This document shows, one piece after another, positions 26,238 to 35,332 of a DNA stretch of 64,000 nt (position 1 is its first letter; every line of letters starts with the position of its first letter). The stretch is from positions 64,001-128,000 of IMG/VR virus record IMGVR_UViG_3300020048_000009. One strand, 5' to 3'. The position numbers and the translations under genes were made by a program. The DNA is from a virus (taxonomy: Duplodnaviria; Caudoviricetes). Below the pieces are notes generated by a model, which was not told the DNA's origin, did not search any database, and saw only the letters and a list, made by a program, of their open reading frames with translations.

Positions 26238-26546
26238 ATGAAAACCAACAAATTTGTTTTTGAAATCAGTGTTGAAGGCCCAGGTTATAATGAAGAAAAT
26301 GTAGAAGAACTTTATGGTGAAGGTGCCATGTATAATCCAGATTTTTCAGAACACTCTGTAGTCATGGATGAGGTCTATGAAATCTTTAAGGATGCATTAA
26401 TGCAGCGAATGGAATTTAAAATGAATGCATTAATTAAACCTGTTCCAAATGAAGCAGCACAAAAAGCTTATCTAACTCATGTTGATGCAGCAATTGAGCT
26501 TTATAGAAAAGTTCAAGGAAGTTTAAAATTCGTTAGAAAAGAATAA
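26238..26546 (+). CDS. Hypothetical protein
   Basis: Behind GTGTAT-N17-TATAAT promoter at 26202. Confidence 0.65.
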   Translation: MKTNKFVFEISVEGPGYNEENVEELYGEGAMYNPDFSEHSVVMDEVYEIFKDALMQRMEFKMNALIKPVPNEAAQKAYLTHVDAAIELYRKVQGSLKFVRKE

Positions 26547-26552
26547 TTTATG

Positions 26553-26684
26553 GGGGTTGTTGGCTGAATAGGCATAAGCAGGGCACAAGAGGCCTGACAA
26601 AGCATAAAGGCATGTAGAAAACCGGCCGGGAATATTCTATATGTACTGTGCAGCGTGGAGGTTCGATTCCTTCCAGCCCCACCA
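26553..26684 (+). ncRNA. 132-nt tRNA-like RNA with giant variable arm
   Basis: GGGGTTG/CAGCCCC-A-CCA; class II D-arm; CATGTAGAA/TTCTATATG helix; GGAGG-TTCGATT-CCTTC. Confidence 0.65.
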
Positions 26685-26690
26685 ATTTAT

Positions 26691-26765
26691 ATAGCAGTAG
26701 TTCAATTGGCAGAATGGCGATCTCCAAAAGCGATGAAGTGGGTTCGATTCCTGCACATCCTGCCA
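26691..26765 (+). pseudogene. Degenerate tRNA-Trp(CCA)
   Basis: CTCCAAA loop, D and T arms present; acceptor strands ATAGCAG/ACATCCT do not pair. Confidence 0.6.
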
Positions 26766-26770
26766 TTTAT

Positions 26771-26849
26771 GGTAGTATTAGCTTAGTCTGGCCTAAAGCT
26801 ACGGACCGTGACTCCGTGATCGTGGGTTCGAATCCCATATACTTCCCCA
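26771..26849 (+). tRNA. trnH: tRNA-His(GTG)
   Basis: G-1:C73; ACGGA-CCGTGAC-TCCGT (C33). Confidence 0.85.
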
Positions 26850-26855
26850 AAATTA

Positions 26856-26922
26856 ATTCATAATTCGATCCCACTATTTGATAAATAAAATAAATATCAA
26901 ATAGTGGGATCGAATTATGAAT
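26856..26922 (+). repeat. Perfect 28-bp inverted repeat enclosing a late promoter and burying the next ATG
   Basis: ATTCATAATTCGATCCCACTATTTGATA / TATCAAATAGTGGGATCGAATTATGAAT. Confidence 0.9.
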
Positions 26923-27858
26923 ACTTTATTAATAAGACATTGTGAAAATTGTGGAATAGAACATGATGGAACATATGGATCTGGAAGATTTTGTTCTAAA
27001 GAATGCGCTAGAAGTTTTTCTTCTAAATTAAATACAAACATACGAAATGAAAAAATTTCAAAAACATTAAAAAATAAACATATTAGAGAAACTATATGTA
27101 AAAAATGTGGAACTATTGTATATACAAAGGGTTCTAGTCCAAATGTATGTTGTGACAAATGTAGACAAAAAAGAAAAAGCAATACCCCCTATTGTAATAG
27201 ATGTGGTGCCGAACGTGGAAAATGTAAATATCCATCTTTATGTAAAAAAAAGTTAAAATTATTTGATGGATTAGAAAAATATTTTGGATTTGATAAAACA
27301 AGTTTTGGGTCGAAAAGATATTATGAAGAAATCTTTAGAATAAAAGCAATGATAGAAGAAGATTATTATGAAAATAATAACTCAACAGTTGAATTATGTA
27401 AAAAATATAATCATACAGCATGTGGTAGTTTTATAAGAATACTAAAAAGCATTGATATTGTATTAAGAAATTTAAAAGAATCTTCATTACTGGCATATAA
27501 AACTGGTAGATCTGTTATATCAATAGATAATAGTACTCAATATAAACATGGGTGGCATACTGCATGGGATAACACACAAATATTTTATAGATCTTCATAT
27601 GAACTTGATTATGCTGAAAAATTAGATGAGCAAAAAGTAAAATATGACGTCGAAGCTTTAAGAATATCTTATTTTGATACTCAAAAATGTATAGAAAGAA
27701 CGGCAATTCCTGATTTTTATCTTCCTGAAACTAATACTATAGTTGAAATAAAATCTTCATGGACATATAATGAACAGAATATGAATGATAAAATTAAAGC
27801 TTATAAGAAGCATGGTTATAATTTTAAACTAATTTTAGATCATAAGGAAGTTGTTTAA
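26917..27858 (+). mobile_element. Putative homing endonuclease, TnsA-like PD-(D/E)xK domain with Zn-finger N-terminus
   Basis: CENCG..GSGRFCSKEC; FYRSSYELDYA...PDFYLPETNTIVEIKS. Confidence 0.75.
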
Positions 27859-27927
27859 AAAATTTATTTTTTTGCGTATAATTATAGTATACAAATAAAT
27901 TGTAATACAAATAAGGAAAACAATATT

Positions 27928-28068
27928 ATGTTAAAGAGAGATAAGCTCGGTAGATTCGTTGCTGCTAAGAAAGCACCTAAGGCTAAGCCCTGTGCACCAT
28001 GTAAACCTTCCAAGAAGGATTCATGTAAACCTTGCGCACCTAAGAAAACAAAGAAATGTTGTAAGTAA
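27928..28068 (+). CDS. 46-aa Lys/Cys/Pro-rich peptide
   Basis: MLKRDKLGRFVAAKKAPKAKPCAPCKPSKKDSCKPCAPKKTKKCCK; AAGGA RBS. Confidence 0.6.
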   Translation: MLKRDKLGRFVAAKKAPKAKPCAPCKPSKKDSCKPCAPKKTKKCCK

Positions 28069-28331
28069 TTTTCAACGTTTAGATAAATAAAAATATCAAA
28101 CCTGCGGTGCCTCTATTCGGGTGGATTTATTCCTTCGTACTGAATATGCATAATTCCGCGGGTATTTTATTTCAGGTGTACTTTTTAAATAAATCCGTGT
28201 ATTATATAATCATAACAAGTTAAATGGAGATGAGACAATGGATATTCCTTTTGCAGAATTAATGATTAAAGCTGGAGAATTGAACAAAGATACTTTCGTA
28301 ATCGATGTTGATACTCTTAGGAGATGGTTAG

Positions 28332-28547
28332 ATGAACAAAATCAAAAAGAATCAAACACAATGTAATTGTGAATCCCAATGTAATTGGGAAGTTCAAGGA
28401 ATGTCTCCTTCTCCCATACAGAATAAAACAATTGTTTTTAGAATGTCATGTGATGGTAAATACTTTACGACAACTACAAATGAAGTATCAACCCTCACCA
28501 TCTGCCCTCACTGTAATCAACCCATAACTCACCTAAACAAGGTTTAA
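28332..28547 (+). CDS. Zn-ribbon hypothetical protein
   Basis: CPHC near C-terminus. Confidence 0.55.
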   Translation: MNKIKKNQTQCNCESQCNWEVQGMSPSPIQNKTIVFRMSCDGKYFTTTTNEVSTLTICPHCNQPITHLNKV

Positions 28548-28551
28548 CATT

Positions 28552-28983
28552 ATGCGTACACAAATAGAAGGTATAAAATACGAGATGCCTGATGGCTATT
28601 ATCGCGTGACTAATAAGCTCGATATGGCCAGACGTGATGATTTAGTTTGGGGATCTTGTGAAGACCTATGGTCTAAACCTACAGGAAGACTTGATCTTGT
28701 TGGTAATTATTATGCGGTTATCCGTAAAGGTGTGAAACCTCCAAAAGTAATTAAAGAGAATTCTAAACCACCAGCTTATATAAAAGTTACTTCAGTTGAT
28801 GATATCAAAAAATATAATCTTAAAGAAGGTTCTAAGATTATTATAAACGATTTGAAATATACAATCGTTAAAATCCATTCAGCTGGTAATTATGGTTGGG
28901 GATTGTTAAGCCAACAATTTGCTATTTGTCTTATCACATCAAAACTTGAGCTTTTAATAAGCGCTTATACTCTTGGTATATAA
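28552..28983 (+). CDS. Hypothetical protein
   Basis: Co-oriented ORF. Confidence 0.65.
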   Translation: MRTQIEGIKYEMPDGYYRVTNKLDMARRDDLVWGSCEDLWSKPTGRLDLVGNYYAVIRKGVKPPKVIKENSKPPAYIKVTSVDDIKKYNLKEGSKIIINDLKYTIVKIHSAGNYGWGLLSQQFAICLITSKLELLISAYTLGI

Positions 28984-28989
28984 TTTAAT

Positions 28990-29081
28990 GGAAGTGTGGC
29001 CGAGCCTGGTTTATGGCGGCTGATTACTAATCAGCAGGGGCCTTAAAACCCCCGTAGGTTCAAATCCTATCGCTTCCTCCA
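28990..29081 (+). tRNA. trnS: tRNA-Ser(ACT)
   Basis: GCTGA-TTACTAA-TCAGC; V-arm GGGG/CCCC; U73; followed by terminator. Confidence 0.85.
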
Positions 29082-29090
29082 ATTTCTAAG

Positions 29091-29125
29091 AAATCAATAT
29101 CTTAATCGATGTTGATTTTTTTTTA
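29091..29125 (+). terminator. Intrinsic terminator closing the RNA island
   Basis: AAATCAATATC-ttaatc-GATGTTGATTT plus T-run. Confidence 0.7.
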
Positions 29126-29246
29126 TCTTTTCTAAATTATTTTAGTATACATACTATAAAATATTATTTTCTAATTTTCTTAAAATCACGGTATATTTAC
29201 GCAGTCTTTTTTATTATAATATTTATATTGTTTAACCGATAAGGAT

Positions 29247-29678
29247 TTGTCGATGGAATGTAAATACACAAAAGGCAATATTGTTCAAGTATCCCTCATA
29301 CCAAAGATGTATACTTGGTGTGAGCCTTTTTATAAAAACAACATAAAAGTTTTTATAGAAGTTACAGAGGCCGTAGCAGATAATGGCGGACATGAAGGTT
29401 ATTATAGGGGAATTTTAATACTTGAAAATGTAAATACAGAAACCTTTAAGAATCTTTATCGTTGGGATAGAACACTAGAACAATGGCTTGCCTATATATT
29501 GCCCTTATCTGTTAATGGTGAAAAATATGCAAGTCGAAATAAAGAAGATCCATACCCCTGGTCTTTTGTTGAAAATGAATTAGTCCTTAACCGAATTACC
29601 AAAGCTCTTCCTGAAGATATTGATTATGATAATATGCTGCCAGAAGCATATACTGCTTCTGTCTCAGATACATTATAA
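29247..29678 (+). CDS. DALIP-motif family protein 1
   Basis: C-term LPEDIDYDNMLPEAY. Confidence 0.75.
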   Translation: MSMECKYTKGNIVQVSLIPKMYTWCEPFYKNNIKVFIEVTEAVADNGGHEGYYRGILILENVNTETFKNLYRWDRTLEQWLAYILPLSVNGEKYASRNKEDPYPWSFVENELVLNRITKALPEDIDYDNMLPEAYTASVSDTL

Positions 29679-29686
29679 GGATTATT

Positions 29687-30046
29687 ATGAAACATAAATT
29701 TGACGTTGGTGATACAGTAGATATTATTTTTATAGATCCACCTGTTGGTGATGGTTATCGTTATGCTAAACCTTATCATTGGCAAGTATGGGCAGATAAA
29801 CAAAAGGTTAGACTATATGGTAAAATTACAAAGCGCGATGAAGAAAATGGATATAGAGTAGATATCTATAGATATGATACTGGAAATTTATGGAGAGTAG
29901 AGGCATTTTTTCAAGATTCTTGGAGTGATGCTTATAACTGGCGTTTGTATGAACATGAAGTAGTATCACAAGTACCCATTTGTGTTTTACCAGAAAATAT
30001 TGATTATGATGATTTTCTTCCAGCATCAATTGTAAACGTATTTTAA
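29687..30046 (+). CDS. DALIP-motif family protein 2
   Basis: KFDVGDTV; C-term LPENIDYDDFLPASI. Confidence 0.75.
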   Translation: MKHKFDVGDTVDIIFIDPPVGDGYRYAKPYHWQVWADKQKVRLYGKITKRDEENGYRVDIYRYDTGNLWRVEAFFQDSWSDAYNWRLYEHEVVSQVPICVLPENIDYDDFLPASIVNVF

Positions 30047-30047
30047 T

Positions 30048-30461
30048 ATGAATGAATTAGAAAATTTAAATGTTGGCGATCGTGTGATGTTTAATAGCCT
30101 GTCTATGCCTTGGAGATGGCATAGTGAACTACAAGCATTAAAGATTCCAGTGGTTGGTGAAATCTTTGAAAAACATCAATCCATTCTAGGACACGGTTTG
30201 CTTTTTACAGTATATGCACATATTCCAAATATTTCAATACAACAAATAGAGAGACTTGATAATTACAATCCTGGAAGTTTCTTTAGAAGATTTATTCCTA
30301 GAACTGTAAATGGAACACCTTATATATCGGATATGGGTGAACCACAAAGACATACATGGGAATATCATATCAGATATGTAATACCATTTATTCCGGTTTC
30401 ATTACCTGAAATTTTTGATTATGATGCATTACTTCCTGAAGAAATTATAAGAGGTATTTAA
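30048..30461 (+). CDS. DALIP-motif family protein 3
   Basis: LNVGDRV; C-term LPEIFDYDALLPEEI. Confidence 0.75.
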   Translation: MNELENLNVGDRVMFNSLSMPWRWHSELQALKIPVVGEIFEKHQSILGHGLLFTVYAHIPNISIQQIERLDNYNPGSFFRRFIPRTVNGTPYISDMGEPQRHTWEYHIRYVIPFIPVSLPEIFDYDALLPEEIIRGI

Positions 30462-30462
30462 T

Positions 30463-30795
30463 ATGGATATTCCAAACATAGATAGAAACATTAAGATTGT
30501 AAGATTGTCAAGTGGTAATGTCCTGGCTAGATTTACTAAAGCTGGTGAAGACTTACCAATAGTTTCTTTTTATCTAAAGGTTTTAAAATCAGGTATAGTT
30601 ATTAGGGGTGATCATGTTATTGAAGCTGTTGTATTCGATATGGATACAAACCAGGAATTGCTTGATGGTAAAGTCTTTACTATATATTTAAACAATATTA
30701 ACGTGTGGGAATATTGTGAATATGTTCCTAAAGTAAATGTAGATCTTTCATCTCTTGATGAAGATAGTCTTATTCCTGAGGATTTATATAAATGA
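30463..30795 (+). CDS. DALIP-motif family protein 4
   Basis: C-term DLSSLDEDSLIPEDLYK. Confidence 0.75.
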   Translation: MDIPNIDRNIKIVRLSSGNVLARFTKAGEDLPIVSFYLKVLKSGIVIRGDHVIEAVVFDMDTNQELLDGKVFTIYLNNINVWEYCEYVPKVNVDLSSLDEDSLIPEDLYK

Positions 30796-31211
30796 GTAAG
30801 ATGGATTTTGAAAAAGGTGATATAGTTTATTTTGATGCAGCAATCACTGACACCAGTTGGAGATGGCATAATGAACTGCGAGCATTGGGCATTACAGTAC
30901 ATGGTGAGTTTGCCTATAGCTGGGATTACTCCTATGAAGTATATATACACCTTCCGAAGATTACCGAAGAACAATTAAGGGCTTTAGATAAAGGTGATAC
31001 TCCTGGGAATTTCTTAAGACGCTTTAAACCCAAATCAATAAATGGAATATCATGCAGCTATTTTCATAGTATCTATGAAGGGTGTAGAACGTGGGAATAT
31101 AGTATGGAAACCGTACCAATCCACAAATTAAGTGCAGTCAAACCCCTTCCTGAAGATATTGATTATGATGCTCTTATTCCTAAAGAATTATATGAGGACC
31201 TATACAAATGA
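30792..31211 (+). CDS. DALIP-motif family protein 5 (closest to protein 3)
   Basis: WRWH.EL.AL shared with 30048; C-term LPEDIDYDALIPKELY. Confidence 0.75.
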   Translation: MSKMDFEKGDIVYFDAAITDTSWRWHNELRALGITVHGEFAYSWDYSYEVYIHLPKITEEQLRALDKGDTPGNFLRRFKPKSINGISCSYFHSIYEGCRTWEYSMETVPIHKLSAVKPLPEDIDYDALIPKELYEDLYK

Positions 31212-31555
31212 ACGAATATAGACTAACAGCTAAAATCGGAGATCTTGTTCGTCCCATATCTATTTCTAGTTATGACTGGTGGCAAGAATTAGGTATCAAA
31301 GGACAACATGATAATGTGTATGGAGTAGTTGTAGATCTAGCACTACATCTTTCAGGGTATATTGCAATAAATTTCTTTTATTGTGATACTGACTTGCCTA
31401 TTCGTCCATATCTTCATGATGATAGTGTGGCTAATCATTGGAATTTTTTGGATGATAGTATTGAATTTATACCTTATGTTAAGATAGATAATTCTAAAAT
31501 AAATATTCTAGAGATAGATGAAGATGCATTAATACCGGAAAATTTATATAATTAA
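31208..31555 (+). CDS. DALIP-motif family protein 6
   Basis: KIGDLV; C-term LEIDEDALIPENLYN. Confidence 0.75.
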   Translation: MNEYRLTAKIGDLVRPISISSYDWWQELGIKGQHDNVYGVVVDLALHLSGYIAINFFYCDTDLPIRPYLHDDSVANHWNFLDDSIEFIPYVKIDNSKINILEIDEDALIPENLYN

Positions 31556-31717
31556 CAGTGTACATTTAATAACAACAACTTCTAATTTATACTTTTTAAT
31601 CACGCTTTTTTCCTCCACCCTAGAGAATATCAAATAAATTTACACTTTTCAATCATTTCTGGTGTACATTCCATAAGAAAGACTTTAGAAATCCTGATAA
31701 ATAAAATAAAGGATTTT

Positions 31718-31981
31718 ATGTATTTGAAATTTTTTAGAAGCTTTTCGGATGAAATCATCAGGTTTGACAATTCTAATATTAGAAAATCTGAAGTTTTCCT
31801 AGTAAAACACCTGGGTATATCTTATAAGATAATAATCACTTCATATTGCTGTATAGTATCTTACTTCATATTAGGTAGAAATATCCCAGATAAACTAAAA
31901 GTAAATCCACATGATTACATCATCATCAAAAATAATAGATCAATCCTTTTAAAAGATGCTTATACCTATTTTATAAACTAA
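31718..31981 (+). CDS. Hypothetical late protein
   Basis: GATAAATA and AAGGA upstream. Confidence 0.5.
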   Translation: MYLKFFRSFSDEIIRFDNSNIRKSEVFLVKHLGISYKIIITSYCCIVSYFILGRNIPDKLKVNPHDYIIIKNNRSILLKDAYTYFIN

Positions 31982-32163
31982 AATATTAAAGCTAAACCCT
32001 TATTATTAAAGGATTTATATATCTAAGAAAAGCCTATCCCATTGTATCTCCGTGAGATACTTAACCTATATTAAAAACACCAGTAAGAACTAATAAGTTC
32101 AGTGTATATTATAATAAGTATAAAGTATAATATTAACATCTTGAAACATTAAAGGATTATAGT

Positions 32164-32412
32164 ATGATGCTTGCATGTATAACATGGTTCGGTTTAGGTT
32201 TATGTGGTGCTCTCGTTTATCTATTAACATCTATTCACTGTATGTATATGGGTGAATCTATTACCATGGGTGATTTTCTACTTATGGCTGTTATAATTAT
32301 TATGGGACCTCCTGCTTTTATAATTATAGGCTTTCTATGCATTCTCGCTGCTATACCTAATAATGAAAAGTTAAATAGATTTCTAGATAAAACAGTAATC
32401 AAAGGAAAATAA
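32164..32412 (+). CDS. Small membrane protein
   Basis: Two hydrophobic helices. Confidence 0.6.
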   Translation: MMLACITWFGLGLCGALVYLLTSIHCMYMGESITMGDFLLMAVIIIMGPPAFIIIGFLCILAAIPNNEKLNRFLDKTVIKGK

Positions 32413-32422
32413 AAGGATTCAT

Positions 32423-32665
32423 ATGATAACTTACTTCACCATATTACTCCTATTCGCGCCAGGTATCATCCTCGCCATAGTCTATACGTTTAGCTGCATT
32501 CGTAAGAAGAAGCTTACATGGGGAGATCTGGCTATTATCATACTCAGTGCAGTCTTCGGTGTATATAGTACCATATTCGCAGGTGTAATCTATATGGGTA
32601 ATCATCCTAAACGAATTAAAGAATTATGGAATCGTCCAATATGGACTAATAGACGAATCATTTAA
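32423..32665 (+). CDS. Small membrane protein
   Basis: Two hydrophobic helices. Confidence 0.6.
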   Translation: MITYFTILLLFAPGIILAIVYTFSCIRKKKLTWGDLAIIILSAVFGVYSTIFAGVIYMGNHPKRIKELWNRPIWTNRRII

Positions 32666-32934
32666 GGTGTATTTATGTATGATTTTTTTATATTATATAT
32701 CTATCTTATTTGTTATTAGTATATTCATCACACCAAACTAAAGGATTAAACAATATGAGCATAATTACTGTCTATATCATCATAGTCATTTTCGCTTTGG
32801 CTTTTAGTATTGGTCCTGATAAGCGATAACAGATATAAGGATTTAATAATAAAGGATTTATATGTGGATTTATTTAATTTTAATAATAATTATCGGTGGA
32901 TTAATAATGCAGTTTCACAGGAGATACTAACAAT

Positions 32935-33129
32935 ATGAAATATAACATGGATGATATAATCGATACACTAACACCTATGGAAATGGTAGAATTTTTAAAT
33001 AAGCTTCCTCTTCAGATTAACGTAGATGTAAATGCTAAAGCAACATTCTTTGGTAATATAAAGGGTGATGTTAAAGTAGAGCTTATCTATAAGGGTAATG
33101 TATTACAACAAAGAACTGAAAAAATTTAA
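32935..33129 (+). CDS. Hypothetical protein
   Basis: GGAG RBS. Confidence 0.5.
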   Translation: MKYNMDDIIDTLTPMEMVEFLNKLPLQINVDVNAKATFFGNIKGDVKVELIYKGNVLQQRTEKI

Positions 33130-33352
33130 ATAAAACAGTAAATAATTACATGGGAATATTCATAGTAATTATTTGTATACTGCTCGCGCTAATAACCTTA
33201 AGCCTTATCATTAAAGAGATGATAGGCTAAAATTTCAGTTAAAAATTAAAGAACTTTAAAAAGCAGACATTACGCGCGAGAAGAAATTTACGCGCGAGGA
33301 ATCTAGGAAAAGCACTCGGTCCATATTTTATATTCTTAGAAGGTAACTTTAT

Positions 33353-33616
33353 ATGAAAATAATTAAACGTGGTTTCTTCAATAAGGATATATATGAAGCA
33401 AATGGAAGGTATCCTATTGATAGAGGAGAGAATTATACCTTAGAAGATATACAGGGTATGTTTACTCTTGTATATAAGAAGGGTACTAAAGTAAATCTCT
33501 ATAATGATGGTGATAAAGAAGAGCCTCATTATTTCTGGTATCTTAATAAAGATGTTGATGGTGGTTGGTGGTCTGAAAGTGATTTCGTTAAAGCCAATAT
33601 TACTATTAAAGAATAG
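33353..33616 (+). CDS. Hypothetical protein
   Basis: AAGGT RBS. Confidence 0.55.
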   Translation: MKIIKRGFFNKDIYEANGRYPIDRGENYTLEDIQGMFTLVYKKGTKVNLYNDGDKEEPHYFWYLNKDVDGGWWSESDFVKANITIKE

Positions 33617-33846
33617 TTCCATATTTTATTTTCTTAAAAGAGGTAACTTTATATATGAATACTAGAGAGAGTGCATTACGTTGGTGGAGAGACCTAACTC
33701 ATTTACAGCAATGTGAATTGATTGGTAAATTTTTTCCAGGAAAATCTTTTATTGAAGTATCTACATCAAGCAGTAGAATCGAACAAATATTCTTAAAGGT
33801 AACTTTTTAAGTGTATTCTTATCCTTATACATGTTAATATCTATAT

Positions 33847-34071
33847 ATGAATATTCCAATACATATCTTATATAGATTTATGCAGACGATGATTGAACAT
33901 CCATTTCCTAGCATATGTAAGCATCATGTTTGTGTAAGTCTAATATCAGAGTTAGAACTTTCTGGTTATAAACTTACAGAAGATGAAACTTCTTTAGTGG
34001 TTTCTTTATGTGATAATAGTGCAGGTGATATTCAATCTCTTATTACTCTCGATAAATTATTAAAGGTTTAA
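33847..34071 (+). CDS. Duplicated hypothetical protein, copy A
   Basis: Near-identical to 35949-36173. Confidence 0.7.
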   Translation: MNIPIHILYRFMQTMIEHPFPSICKHHVCVSLISELELSGYKLTEDETSLVVSLCDNSAGDIQSLITLDKLLKV

Positions 34072-34240
34072 TTAATATGTATGAAAATTCTAGAATATTA
34101 GAACCTAATGAAGAAGTAAAGAAAGGTGATTTAATTCTATTAGTAGGTAAGAGTTGGATTATTGCAATAGATACACCAGTTAAATATTTAGCTAAAGATT
34201 TTATAGAAGTAAGAAGAAGGAAAGAAGAGGTTTAAAGATT

Positions 34241-34540
34241 ATGGTAGTAGTTGATATTGAATGTTTATTACATGTGGTGACATTATCGGAATTGTCATTA
34301 GTTTGTCCTATTGTTATGGAAAAATTTAGGAGTAATGATAAGTATTTCCATATCGATCAATATGTCAGAGAGAATGGTGCAACTGTATGTATAGATTTAA
34401 ATGAATGGTGGAATGTTTTACCTGGGAAAGAGAAGGTAGATATTATAAGTACTTTCCATAGAGAATATAGACAGAGGCAAAAGGATTGTGAATATTCTGC
34501 GGATCAATTGTTTGAATATTGTTATGATATTAAAGACTAG
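34241..34540 (+). CDS. Hypothetical protein
   Basis: Co-oriented ORF. Confidence 0.55.
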   Translation: MVVVDIECLLHVVTLSELSLVCPIVMEKFRSNDKYFHIDQYVRENGATVCIDLNEWWNVLPGKEKVDIISTFHREYRQRQKDCEYSADQLFEYCYDIKD

Positions 34541-34552
34541 GAGAATATAGAT

Positions 34553-34768
34553 ATGTTATCAGAAGAACAATTAGAAGCTTTAAAGGATTTAAGAGATGCA
34601 GGTATCATGGATCACGGTACGATTTCTGATTGTGGTGAAGCGTGCAACTGTCCTGCTTCTAATTTTATGTCTAAAGAAAGATGTGAATGTGGAGCAGATG
34701 AACATAATGAGCATCTTAATAGGGTTTATGATAATGTTCTGAAAATACTTACTGCTAAAGAAGTCTAG
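34553..34768 (+). CDS. Cys/His-rich hypothetical protein
   Basis: H...CGEAC..CECGA..HN. Confidence 0.6.
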   Translation: MLSEEQLEALKDLRDAGIMDHGTISDCGEACNCPASNFMSKERCECGADEHNEHLNRVYDNVLKILTAKEV

Positions 34769-34770
34769 AT

Positions 34771-35073
34771 ATGAATAAGTTTAGTGTAGGTGATAAAGTT
34801 AAGGTTGTTCAATATGCAGGACGTGATTCTGAGAATCACCGCTATTTTAAAATTGGTAACGTCGGGATTGTTAGACAGGTAAATCTTCGTGGTGTCGGTG
34901 GATATCAGGATATGTTATTTGTTGATTTTAATGATCCTTCTAATACATATATATTCGGAAATGGTTGTTGGTATGTTTATAATGAAAATAGTTTAAGGTT
35001 GGATACTATTGAAATTGATATATCAACTTTAGATGAAGATGCTTTAATCCCTCAGGAATTATATGAAAAATAA
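34771..35073 (+). CDS. DALIP-motif family protein 7
   Basis: KFSVGDKVKV; C-term DISTLDEDALIPQELYEK. Confidence 0.75.
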   Translation: MNKFSVGDKVKVVQYAGRDSENHRYFKIGNVGIVRQVNLRGVGGYQDMLFVDFNDPSNTYIFGNGCWYVYNENSLRLDTIEIDISTLDEDALIPQELYEK

Positions 35074-35332
35074 TATTTATAACGGAACGATTGAAATAGA
35101 GAAACACATCTATGGATATGAATGGTGGAGTAATAAAAAAGCTTTTCCTAAAGAAATAGATGAAATGCTAAAAGCTTATTCTGAGAATTATATTAAGACG
35201 TGGTATTATTGTAAGAAGACGTTTAGTAATGATTGTGATTTTGATTATGCTAATAATGGATATTTTCCTGGTATTGAGCGTTTTAATATTGAATTAATAG
35301 GATGGTTTGATGGTAGAAGAATTTCTTGGTGA
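35063..35332 (+). CDS. Hypothetical protein
   Basis: Co-oriented ORF. Confidence 0.5.
   Translation: MKNNIYNGTIEIEKHIYGYEWWSNKKAFPKEIDEMLKAYSENYIKTWYYCKKTFSNDCDFDYANNGYFPGIERFNIELIGWFDGRRISW

Noticed and set aside
26553-26684. tmRNA
   Set aside because: Too short, G3:C70 rather than G3:U70, no GGATTCGAC-like 5' motif and no tag ORF.
21136-26863. ORFs at 21136, 21332, 21562, 23036, 24545, 25518, 25783, 26548 and 26648
   Set aside because: They overlap tRNAs or structured RNAs; spurious.
32164-32665. Holin/spanin lysis cassette among small TM proteins
   Set aside because: No endolysin nearby, early promoter context, and many similar TM ORFs are scattered through the window.
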